Shown here piece after piece: positions 30,301 through 37,674 of a DNA stretch of 64,000 nt. The first letter of the stretch is position 1, and every line of letters begins with the position of its first letter. This DNA is from an uncultured Myxococcales bacterium (GTDB lineage Bacteria; Myxococcota; Kuafuiibacteriia; Kuafuiibacteriales; Kuafuiibacteriaceae): NCBI GenBank assembly GCA_964473255.1, contig CAYYOT010000013.1, positions 21,075 through 85,074 of the forward strand. Direction: 5' to 3'. The notes beneath the pieces were generated by a model. The model ran no database searches. It had not been told where the DNA came from and was given only the letters and a program-made list of their open reading frames with translations. The position numbers and the translations under genes were made by a program.

Positions 30301-30561
30301 GAACGAGCAGCCTCGGTCGAGCGCCTCACGACGCAATGAACCGAGAAGATGCGTCTTTCCCGAACCTGCGGTGCCGATGATGATCTGGCCAAGAGGTGCT
30401 TTGCTGTCAGACCGGCTGATGAGTGCGTCGAGCTTCCTGCTCAGGAGATTGCGCGCCTCCGACTGAATGTCCGGCACGTCCGGCAGTCGATCGTCCCAAA
30501 TGCTGTCGAGGTGAGTCGTCCAATTTAGGTCGACCGCCCTCAGCGCTGCTAGGTCATTCAC
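27358..30561 (-). CDS. Large double P-loop ATPase: N-terminal AAA-type NTPase plus C-terminal HerA/DUF87 domain
   Basis: GTAGSGKT / LSFDQMD in the N-terminal half; AGSGSGKT / VIDEAKDF / ARKYGLGLVFASQ in the C-terminal half. GTG start overlaps the upstream stop and follows AAGGAGG. Confidence 0.88.
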   Translation of the reverse strand: MNDLAALRAVDLNWTTHLDSIWDDRLPDVPDIQSEARNLLSRKLDALISRSDSKAPLGQIIIGTAGSGKTHLLGSLRREALDRGCSFLSVDLSNVSSFWDTVLLGAFKSIMKPGCTGQPQYVETLEGIVELCGDSLNVSSVSELRELRPPRLNNRIRTIIGELAKRDMAAALEHQDVVRALVLLGSTDFELMNIGYAWLQSLGVNDQTGFHHDFRNQNPEPPQVVKGLGWLLSLRAPLVLSFDQMDNIVREHQLASGQEDTLGDPFGRQQASLSIVEGIAGGLMSLRDLMPRTMLVVSCLESTWSTLRERSIAPVAGRYEAPTTLRPLDDHTIAMSLLEARTIPAYRSVGFEPPYPTWPIQEEALREGVGLYPREVLRRCGEHVEACLLRHEVRELQSLSGAADAVPVPNTGDAFTDQFDRARARFEVGPVLEPNAEEAQDALIEALCDTLAVEVILPTDKDAEVTKTFTTNKSYDPLHALIRIVHHDKGDRERCLGFRFLQSKHPSAFQARLKAAMTESGIDRALGFRRLILFRTTDVPSGPVTARLMDTFGKRGGILLNPGTEDLATLWALGELWKTTEDLPGLKSWLRDKKPIHSMAMLSASADWLFSSPSVAGGSEAATSESSPKGTRPLHASEAESHPEHRQPGLQTSIPLGEAYSGAGKGPEVAVSLGQLTNHTVILAGSGSGKTVFLKRLVEESALAGVPSIVIDGANDLACLGDPWPAEPNGFREADRGKAARYFDQTEAVVFTPGREAGRSLQLNPIPDLSSIRDAPDEYAIAKEITRGSLVEMLQVTGRSVTTKTALIDRALDVLAESDSSSLRDLLAVLTDPPSTVLEGYDRAGKLVRELADELRARMQMDRLLQGDGTSLDPSVLFGLGRHRTRISVLNFIGIPDLEGQRTFLDQLARILFVWIKKNPAPDGTIRGLMVIDEAKDFVPAAKAVACRESFRRLAAQARKYGLGLVFASQEPRSIDHTIISNAKTLLFGKVNSPAAIAAAQQQIRDRGGDGSDVARLKAGCFYAYSEGMSAPQRIATPYCLSNHPSSPLTEEAVLNRSRRPLAEAGS

Positions 30562-31199
30562 GGCGCCTCCTTCATGTAGATAATGTGACGCAGATGACCG
30601 GCCACCCTGATCGCGGCGCTCTCATCGGCTTCAGTGATGCTGAGTGGATCGTCCTTCTGCATCAGCACGAGCTTGTTCCCGCGCTGAAGCTCCAGCAGGG
30701 CCGCATCGAGCCGCTCGCGCGGCACATCAGCCATTCTGTCACGCAATGCAGAGAGGTCGACGCGGACATTCGCGTTACCCCCGCCGGCGTCACGATACGC
30801 CCGCCAGACTCGCTGAGGAATCTGCTCTGCGCCTAGGTCAGACGACTCGGCAATCGCGGCAAGCCCGAGGAACTCACCAAGTGGGATCCCTCGCTGATTA
30901 ATCGCTGATTTCAGGCGGGACAGGATGCGAGACGCTAGTGCGTAGGCCCTCGAGACCGATGTTCCGGGAGCCGCGAGGTCAGACCCGAGATTGTCGGCGA
31001 CCCAGGCCCATCCGCGGTCCGTGAGCACGACGAGTTGAGCCGTCTTGTGGTCAGGCCGCGGCTCAAAGGCGATATAGCCGCGTTGCCTCAAACGCGTGCG
31101 AGCCTTCTTGTCGACGTGTCCAAACTTCGTTGGACCTTCCGCAAACACTAGGCGGGTCAGTATTCGACGCTCTTCATGGCTCAATTGGTTTGCCATCAT
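30558..31199 (-). CDS. Uncharacterised protein with winged-helix-like domains
   Basis: LRQRGYI..VVLTDRGWAW (wHTH wing pattern) and VDLSALRDRMADVPRERLDAALLEL; ATGA and GTGA overlaps with both neighbours. Start moved to 31199. Confidence 0.75.
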   Translation of the reverse strand: MMANQLSHEERRILTRLVFAEGPTKFGHVDKKARTRLRQRGYIAFEPRPDHKTAQLVVLTDRGWAWVADNLGSDLAAPGTSVSRAYALASRILSRLKSAINQRGIPLGEFLGLAAIAESSDLGAEQIPQRVWRAYRDAGGGNANVRVDLSALRDRMADVPRERLDAALLELQRGNKLVLMQKDDPLSITEADESAAIRVAGHLRHIIYMKEAP

Positions 31200-32173
31200 C
31201 CTTCTCCTATCCCCTGTGCCCGTCGCGCCCTTACGACCTGCCGGATATCCTCGAGAACTACTCGTGGCTCGACCATTACTCGCGAGTGCATGACCCGAAG
31301 AACAATGTACCCCGACGCCATGAGCTGCTGGTCTCGTCTTCGGTCCGCCTCGTAGTCGGCTTGACGCAGGTGCTGCCAACCATCGACCTCCAGAGCCATC
31401 TTGCCCGCCATCCAAACCGCATCGACGATCGGCTCGGCCCCGGCCCTCGTCCGCACTCTCCGGTTGAAGGCGAACAGACCACGCAGCTCGGGATCCGTGC
31501 GAAACAAGGTGAAGAGCAGCTGCTCTCCCGGACTGAAATGATGCGGTTTACCTTCTTCGACTTCAGCTTCAAGCCGGCAACGTATGCCGCGATACGCGAA
31601 GCGCTGGATCTCCGGAGCCGCCCTGAAGGCCTCCGGGATAGCGACGATCAACCTCGTCTTGGATGCCTGGAGGAAGCCGTCGAGCTGAGAGAGGGCGCCC
31701 CCGATCATTTCAGGCATCGCCGACGAAGACGGCTGCCAGAACGCCATCGTGTGGTTCGTACCACCCAGGATCCGAAGGAGGTGGTCAGCCTCAACTTCTA
31801 GAGGTAGTCGGGTCACGCGCGGGGCGCGTGTGCGGGAGACCTTCCAGAGCGCCGCGTCCAACCAGCTCCGCGTAACGCCCGGCGTGGAAGACGAGATTGC
31901 CCGTGCGACCTCTGCCCTCGCCTTCGTAGGAAAGACGCTCCCTACTGCAGCTCTCGGCAGTCCGTTCCAGCGAGGCCAGACCCGCAGGGCATGTTCGGCC
32001 AGCGCAGCCGTGATCGAACCTCGAATGTGGTTAACGGTGGCGTCCGGCTGTACGGCAACGACCGAGAGTCCTTCACATCGGGATTTGAACTGCAGCCAAG
32101 GAACCGGATCGATGTGCGCATCCGTCCAAAGAACACGCACCTGGCCAGGCCCCACGTCCGCGAGTCGCTCCAA
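31196..32173 (-). CDS. DUF559/Vsr-like PD-(D/E)XK endonuclease-domain protein with uncharacterised N-terminus
   Basis: C-terminal IVDAVW..ALEVDGWQH..DRRRDQQLMASGYIVLR. Confidence 0.8.
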   Translation of the reverse strand: MERLADVGPGQVRVLWTDAHIDPVPWLQFKSRCEGLSVVAVQPDATVNHIRGSITAALAEHALRVWPRWNGLPRAAVGSVFPTKARAEVARAISSSTPGVTRSWLDAALWKVSRTRAPRVTRLPLEVEADHLLRILGGTNHTMAFWQPSSSAMPEMIGGALSQLDGFLQASKTRLIVAIPEAFRAAPEIQRFAYRGIRCRLEAEVEEGKPHHFSPGEQLLFTLFRTDPELRGLFAFNRRVRTRAGAEPIVDAVWMAGKMALEVDGWQHLRQADYEADRRRDQQLMASGYIVLRVMHSRVMVEPRVVLEDIRQVVRARRAQGIGEG

Positions 32174-32312
32174 TGCCCCAGCTCCGCAGCGTGTCTTAGC
32201 GAAGGTGAAGCCTGGATCCTACATTCACCTGACCCCGCCCGGTTGAGTTGCTCGATCCCTTCCGAAGGGCTACGCAGAAGCTGCGTCACCGACGTTCTGT
32301 AGCCACACATCA

Positions 32313-32330
32313 GAGGGGCTCCTGTGCACC
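32313..32330 (+). repeat. Short direct repeat, copy 2 (GAGGGGCTCCTGTGCACC)
   Basis: Matches 27019-27034; the two copies bracket the three-gene ATPase/nuclease operon. Confidence 0.45.
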
Positions 32331-32383
32331 GAGAGCAAGGTGGTTCCGGCAAGTCCTCCCTAGGACACCGAAGCTAAACGAAG

Positions 32384-32596
32384 ATGGGCGAGAGTCGACT
32401 CGATGGCACCATTGGGCTCGTCACCATCTCCGGCGGCGGCGTCTTCCTCGAAGTGAACGTCGCCGACGCCGGCCTCACCAACGAGCCGTTCGCCCCACCA
32501 CCCGTTCCCAGCGCGGCGACCGGGACGATGTTCATGCTCCTGCTAGCTCTGGTGCTGACCGGACTCCTCGCGACCCGACGCAGACTCGTCGGCTGA
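32384..32596 (+). CDS. Small ORF or gene remnant ending in an IPTL/PEP-CTERM-like sorting signal
   Basis: ..PPPVPSAATGTMFMLLLALVLTGLLATRRR: VP motif, hydrophobic helix and basic tail. Confidence 0.45.
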   Translation: MGESRLDGTIGLVTISGGGVFLEVNVADAGLTNEPFAPPPVPSAATGTMFMLLLALVLTGLLATRRRLVG

Positions 32597-32858
32597 ACAC
32601 GTCGCAGAGCGCCCTAGGGGCTCCTCTTCTCTCAATTCGCGCACGGACTCGGCCCCGCTTGCCTGGTCACTCACGCCACCCGCCCCGACAGCAAACAGAG
32701 CTCCTTGTAGTTCGGGAGCGCTCTTCGGTCGCCCCTCACCCTTCGCAGGCGCCAAAGGTCTCGCAGTCGCGAGTCGAGGAGCTGCGAAGGGTTCAGCGGT
32801 CAGATTTATTCCAGCCTTTGTACTGGACACTTTCTATCCACCCCGGCACCTCGCACCG

Positions 32859-33656
32859 GTGTCGCGGACGAAATCCGAAACTCGGCGGCTCCAGCCTTTC
32901 GGCGTCGAGGTTCTCGGCTTCGAGGTTCTCGGAGGGGTACCGGGGCCCGAGGACCGGCGCCGATTGCGGCACCTTCTGGCGACCCATGGCGTGGTCGTCC
33001 TTCGCGAGCTCCATCTCGAGGACCCGGACTTTGCCGCGCTGCTCGGCGCGCTCGGCCGACTCGTCTTCACCGAGGGCGAGCGACCCGTCCCCGGTCGAGT
33101 CGACCTGAATATCGTAACGAACCAAGGACGGACACGCCCACCCCGCAGTGTCTTTCACACCGACACGAGCTACGTGCGGCGACCGCCCGCTTTCACGGCG
33201 CTTCGGCCGGTCGCGCTGCCCGAGCAAGGCGGCGAGACCGTCTTCTCGGACCAGGTCGCCGCCTACGCTGCCTTGCCCTCAGTCGTGCGCCATCGGCTGA
33301 GGACGGCCCGCGTGGAGCACCGGGTCACGGGACTCCGGGCCACAGATCTATCGGAGACCAAGAGCGTTCACCCACTGTTTCGCCGGCATCCGATGACCCA
33401 CGACATCGCGCTCTATCTGTCGACGCCCGAGCGCTGTCGCTGGGCCTCCGACGAGCCGGAGACCCGGCTCGAGACGCTGTACGAACACTCCATCCACCCA
33501 GAGCGGACATATCGGCACGCGTGGAAGCCGGGCGACGTCCTGATCTGGGACAACCGTCGAACGATGCACCGAGCCGACCACTCCAATGTGGTCGGGATCC
33601 GCGCCTTTCACCGTGGGCTCGTCGCTGGCGAGGAGCCAATCCCGGCGTTTGTCTGA
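32859..33656 (+). CDS. TauD/TfdA family Fe(II)/2-oxoglutarate dioxygenase
   Basis: FHTDTSY (HxD), GGETVFSD, HPLFRRHP, WKPGDVLIWDNRRTMHRA. Confidence 0.9.
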   Translation: MSRTKSETRRLQPFGVEVLGFEVLGGVPGPEDRRRLRHLLATHGVVVLRELHLEDPDFAALLGALGRLVFTEGERPVPGRVDLNIVTNQGRTRPPRSVFHTDTSYVRRPPAFTALRPVALPEQGGETVFSDQVAAYAALPSVVRHRLRTARVEHRVTGLRATDLSETKSVHPLFRRHPMTHDIALYLSTPERCRWASDEPETRLETLYEHSIHPERTYRHAWKPGDVLIWDNRRTMHRADHSNVVGIRAFHRGLVAGEEPIPAFV

Positions 33657-33678
33657 AGCGCCAAATCAAAGGAAAATC

Positions 33679-35415
33679 ATGTCAGTACTCTGCTTCATCG
33701 AACGCTTCGCCACGGCCTGGCAGGCACGTTCCACCACGATCACCTCATTGGACGGGTTTCTCACCGCGATGGCCGAGGATCCGGACTTCGAAGCGTTCGC
33801 GACCCGCCTCAACGAAACGGATTGGTACGACGCCGAGGTCAGTCGCGCTGCCGAGCAGCTCGACGCTACCGAGATTCTCTTCGTCCTCCGCCAGCTTACC
33901 GGCGGAGCGAGGCAGCCGCTTCAACGCTTTCTGTTTCTGACCGGCGAGCTGCTGACGAACTTCAATGAAGACTTTGGCGAGCGCTGGCTGGCCTGGGCGG
34001 AGGCAGCCGCGAGAGACGAGCGCGGTTCGCAGCCGCTGTATCAATGGGTCGAAAGCCTCCGCTACGACCCTCTGGAGGGCGACGACCACGCTCGTTTTCC
34101 GACATCCGGTTTTCGGCGGAGCAGCGGGACGGTCGTGAGCAACGAGGATGACCGCGTCATCGATGCCGTCTCGACCCTCCAGGTTTCTTCGTCCGTCCAG
34201 GTGTCGGACAAGACTCTGTCTTTGAGCAACCCGACCTTGGCACGCGTCTACGGTCCAGCGGGACGCTGTCTCGCGGTCGTCGACCGTAACGTCGAAAAGT
34301 TCTACGGCCCCCAGCTCGACGCCTACTTTCGCCATCATCGAATCCTGCTCGAAAAGCGAGTCGTCCGTGCCATGGAAGTCGACAAGGATATCGGCAACGT
34401 CGAAGCGCTCCTCGCCGAATTCAAGCAGTTCGGAGTCGCGCGCCACGAGCCGGTGTTGGTCGTGGGCGGGGGCGTCCTCGCCGACGTCGCGGGCCTCGCG
34501 TGCGCGCTCTACCATCGCGGAACCCCCTACGTAATGCTCTCGACCTCCATCGTTTCGGGAATCGACGCAGGGCCTTCCCCGCGAACCTGCTGCGACGGCT
34601 TCGGGTACAAGAACCTCTTCGGCGCCTATCACCCGCCGGCTCTGAGCCTGATGGACCGCAGCTTCTTTTCGACGCTTCGTCCTGGGTGGCTCCGCCACGG
34701 TATCGCGGAGATCGTGAAGATGGCGGTCGTCAAAGACGCAACGCTGTTCGCTGACCTCGAGGCGGCAGGCCCGGCGCTCGTGGCGACTCGCTTTGGAACC
34801 CGTACCGTCGACGCCGGCAGCCGCATCGACGGATTGAGCCAGGCGATCTTGGGCGCTGCCCTGCGGTCGTACGTTGAAGCCGAGTACGGAAATCTCTTCG
34901 AAACCCACCAGTGTCGGCCCCACGCCTACGGCCACACCTGGTCGCCGGGCTTCGAGCTCAGCGCGGGCTTGCTTCACGGCCACGCCGTCTCGATCGGAAT
35001 GGGCTTCGGCGCCTACCTGAGTCATCAACGCGGGTGGCTTCCACGGGCCGACTTGATGCGGATCCTCAACCTCATCTCCCGGCTCGACCTGAGTCTGTGG
35101 AACGATGCGGTGGACGAGCCAGAACTCTGGTGGCAGGCGCAAAACAAGATCATCCAGAAGCGCGGCGGACACCTCGCCGCTCCTGTCCCCCGGGGCCGCG
35201 TCGGCGCGTGCGGATACATCGAAGAGCTCTCGCGAGACGAACTCATCCAAACGCTGACCGACTACCGCGACCTTTGCCACACCTTCCCTCGAGCTGGCGT
35301 TGGCCTCGAGCCTTTCTGCGTCGATGTTGGACTGGAAGATCCCGCATCCACGGTCCCGACGCAGCAGTCGCCGACCGAGCCGTCTCACGCCGACCGTCAA
35401 GGGGTCATCTCGTGA
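33679..35415 (+). CDS. mysA: Sedoheptulose 7-phosphate cyclase (demethyl-4-deoxygadusol synthase type) with about 150-aa N-terminal extension
   Basis: VGGGVLADVAG, YHRGTPYVMLSTS, KNLFGAYHPP, AYGHTWSP, LLHGHAV; adjacent to mysB/mysC homologues. ATG 33679 follows AAAGGA. Confidence 0.9.
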   Translation: MSVLCFIERFATAWQARSTTITSLDGFLTAMAEDPDFEAFATRLNETDWYDAEVSRAAEQLDATEILFVLRQLTGGARQPLQRFLFLTGELLTNFNEDFGERWLAWAEAAARDERGSQPLYQWVESLRYDPLEGDDHARFPTSGFRRSSGTVVSNEDDRVIDAVSTLQVSSSVQVSDKTLSLSNPTLARVYGPAGRCLAVVDRNVEKFYGPQLDAYFRHHRILLEKRVVRAMEVDKDIGNVEALLAEFKQFGVARHEPVLVVGGGVLADVAGLACALYHRGTPYVMLSTSIVSGIDAGPSPRTCCDGFGYKNLFGAYHPPALSLMDRSFFSTLRPGWLRHGIAEIVKMAVVKDATLFADLEAAGPALVATRFGTRTVDAGSRIDGLSQAILGAALRSYVEAEYGNLFETHQCRPHAYGHTWSPGFELSAGLLHGHAVSIGMGFGAYLSHQRGWLPRADLMRILNLISRLDLSLWNDAVDEPELWWQAQNKIIQKRGGHLAAPVPRGRVGACGYIEELSRDELIQTLTDYRDLCHTFPRAGVGLEPFCVDVGLEDPASTVPTQQSPTEPSHADRQGVIS

Positions 35416-36230
35416 CGTCGTCCCTGCGACCGGTGACACCAAACACGATCCTGGCTGCGCGCCTTCACGAAGCGCTCGCGTGGGCTCGAACGCACGACGT
35501 GGCCGCGTCTCTGGTCGAGCATCTCGAGGCCTGCACCGCCCTGGCCGCTCCCCTCGAGCCTTACCTCGAGCGCCAGGCCAGTCCCGAGTCACCAGGCCGC
35601 GCCCAGCTCGCCGCGGACAGTCGGAGCGAGCCCTGGAAGAGACGCTTTGAGACATCGGCGTCGAGCCTACCCTTGGAGGCGGAGATGCTGAGCGGGCGCG
35701 TCGAAGGGCAGCTGCTGCGGATGCTGGTGCAGATCTCGGGCGCTCGGCGCGTGCTGGATATCGGCCTGTTCACCGGCTACTCCGCCCTGACCATGGCCGA
35801 AGCACTACCCCACGACGGCTTGGTCACCGCCCTGGAAATCGACTCCTTCGTTGCCGACTTCGCGAAAACGCACCTGTCCTCGATGCCGGGCGGCGAAAAG
35901 ATCGAGGTTCGGTTGGGGCCGGCGCTCGAAACTCTGCTGGCGCTGTCGGGTGAGGGTCGAGGCTTCGACCTCGTCTTTATCGATGCGGCAAAGACCGACT
36001 ACCCAGCCTACTATCGGGCTCTCTTCGAGCTCGAGCTCCTGCACGAGCGAGCACTGGTCGTCGCCGACAACACACTATATCAGGGGGAAGTCTACGCTTC
36101 GGGTGGCCCTGGCTCATCTTCGGGCGTCGCCGTTGCCGAGTTCAATGAGCTGGTCCGCAAAGACCCGCGAGTCGAACAAGTCCTGCTACCCGTTCGCGAC
36201 GGACTCACCCTGGCGAGGCGCGTAGCATGA
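35412..36230 (+). CDS. mysB: MAA O-methyltransferase
   Basis: RPVTP N-terminus, PLEAEMLSGRVEGQLL, VLDIGLFTGYSAL, FDLVFIDAAK, DNTLYQG; closely resembles cyanobacterial Ava_3857-type OMT. GTG overlaps the mysA stop. Confidence 0.9.
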   Translation: MTSSLRPVTPNTILAARLHEALAWARTHDVAASLVEHLEACTALAAPLEPYLERQASPESPGRAQLAADSRSEPWKRRFETSASSLPLEAEMLSGRVEGQLLRMLVQISGARRVLDIGLFTGYSALTMAEALPHDGLVTALEIDSFVADFAKTHLSSMPGGEKIEVRLGPALETLLALSGEGRGFDLVFIDAAKTDYPAYYRALFELELLHERALVVADNTLYQGEVYASGGPGSSSGVAVAEFNELVRKDPRVEQVLLPVRDGLTLARRVA

Positions 36231-37672
36231 ACGATTGCGGGGCCAACCTCCGTCTGGTCGATGCCTCGGAAACATCGCCGGCGCCGAGCGGAGCAGAAGG
36301 CCGCTCCGAGGTTCAAGCAAGGGCCCTCGCGGAAGGGCTTTCGGCGTTGCCGCCGGTCGCCAGGACTTGGCTGACCCTGGCCACCCTCGGTGCCGCCCTG
36401 CCCTTAACGTCGGTCGCGACGCTCGCTGGTCTCGCAGCCGCACGCCCCCGTTCGAAGCGACGGTCGCGCTTCGCGAAGAAGGCCCGAGCCACCGGCATGA
36501 CTGTTCTGCTCACCGGTGGGAAGATGACGAAGGCGCTTCACCTGGCCCGCGCGTTCTCCGCCGCGGGCCATCGAGTGCTGCTGACCGAGTCCGTGAGCTA
36601 TCCGGTCGTCAGTCATCGATACTCGCGGGCGGTCGACCGATTCTTCGTCGTCCCCGATGTTCGCCGGGAGCCCATCGCTTATCGGACCGCGCTGGCCGAC
36701 ATCATCGAACGCGAGGGCGTGGACGTCTTTGTTCCGGTGGCCAGTCCGGCGTCAGCTCGGATCGAGGCCAGTCTCGCCGCTCATGAGGTAGAAGGGTGTC
36801 GAGTCTTTCAGGCCTCGCCCAGTCTCACGGAGCGCCTCGACGACAAGGTACAGTTCTGTCGACTGGCCGAAGACCTCGGACTCAGTGCGCCAACCGTCAT
36901 CCCGGTAGAATCGCCGGAAGCCGTCCTCGACTTCGACTTTCGGAGCTACCCGCACCCCTTCATTCTTAAGAGTGTGCGCTATGACCCCGTCCATCGACTC
37001 CAGCAACTACGGCTGCCAAGCCCCGGAGTCGAACACCATGTGCGGCGCCTTCCGATCCGCTCCGACAATCCCTGGGTTCTTCAAGAGTTTCTCGTCGGGG
37101 ACGAATACTGCACGCACAGCGTCGTCCACGAAGGCCGCATTGTCGCTCACGTGTGCTGTGCTTCGTCGGATTTTCAGGTCAACTATCGCTCGGTCGACCA
37201 TCCGAGGATCGAGGCCTGGGTGCAGCACTTCGTCGCCGCACTGAACCTCACCGGCCAGGTCTCCTTCGACTTCATCGAATCACCGGATGGCGAGGTCAAG
37301 CCGGTCGAGTGCAACCCCCGAACTCACAGCGCAGTCACGGCGTTCGACGAGCCGGAGGCTCTTGCCCGAGCCTACCTCGGCCCGAAGGACGGTGAGACGC
37401 TCCGGCCTCGACAAGACGCAAAGCCCACGTACTGGCTCGCCCATGAGGTCTTCCGACTCGGACGCGCAAAAAGCTGGGCTGAGGCGCGAGCCCGGATGGC
37501 GGTCATGCTCGGCGGACGCGACGCGGTCTTCGATGCAACCGACCCTCTCCCCTTTTTGGTCCTGCATCACGGCCAGATACCTTGGCTACTCCTGGAGAAC
37601 TTGCTGCGGGGCCGTGACTGGCACCGTATCGACTTCAACATCGGCAAGCTGGTCGAAGCGGAAGGAGACTGA
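36227..37672 (+). CDS. mysC: ATP-grasp mycosporine-glycine synthetase
   Basis: TVLLTGGKMTKALHLARAF, HRYSRAVDRF, LDDKVQF, FILKSVRYD, ECNPRTHSA, C-terminal RIDFNIGKLVE..GD. Confidence 0.92.
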   Translation: MNDCGANLRLVDASETSPAPSGAEGRSEVQARALAEGLSALPPVARTWLTLATLGAALPLTSVATLAGLAAARPRSKRRSRFAKKARATGMTVLLTGGKMTKALHLARAFSAAGHRVLLTESVSYPVVSHRYSRAVDRFFVVPDVRREPIAYRTALADIIEREGVDVFVPVASPASARIEASLAAHEVEGCRVFQASPSLTERLDDKVQFCRLAEDLGLSAPTVIPVESPEAVLDFDFRSYPHPFILKSVRYDPVHRLQQLRLPSPGVEHHVRRLPIRSDNPWVLQEFLVGDEYCTHSVVHEGRIVAHVCCASSDFQVNYRSVDHPRIEAWVQHFVAALNLTGQVSFDFIESPDGEVKPVECNPRTHSAVTAFDEPEALARAYLGPKDGETLRPRQDAKPTYWLAHEVFRLGRAKSWAEARARMAVMLGGRDAVFDATDPLPFLVLHHGQIPWLLLENLLRGRDWHRIDFNIGKLVEAEGD

Positions 37673-37674
37673 CC

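Noticed and set aside
32760-32858. Light-responsive CarH/CarA-type operator upstream of the MAA operon (TGTAC, TGGACA, TATCCA)
   Set aside because: Only two weak TnnACA-like units at 11-bp spacing; not distinguishable from chance in a short AT-richer stretch.
32903-32933. Near-tandem TCGAGGTTCTCGG repeat in the TauD gene (GVEVLGFEVLG)
   Set aside because: In frame and aligns with the normal G-x-E-x-x-G-x-D-L start of TauD proteins; no effect evident.
33679-35415. mysA as housekeeping 3-dehydroquinate synthase (aroB)
   Set aside because: GHTWSP/HGHAV motifs and the adjacent OMT and ATP-grasp genes indicate the DDGS branch; no shikimate genes nearby.
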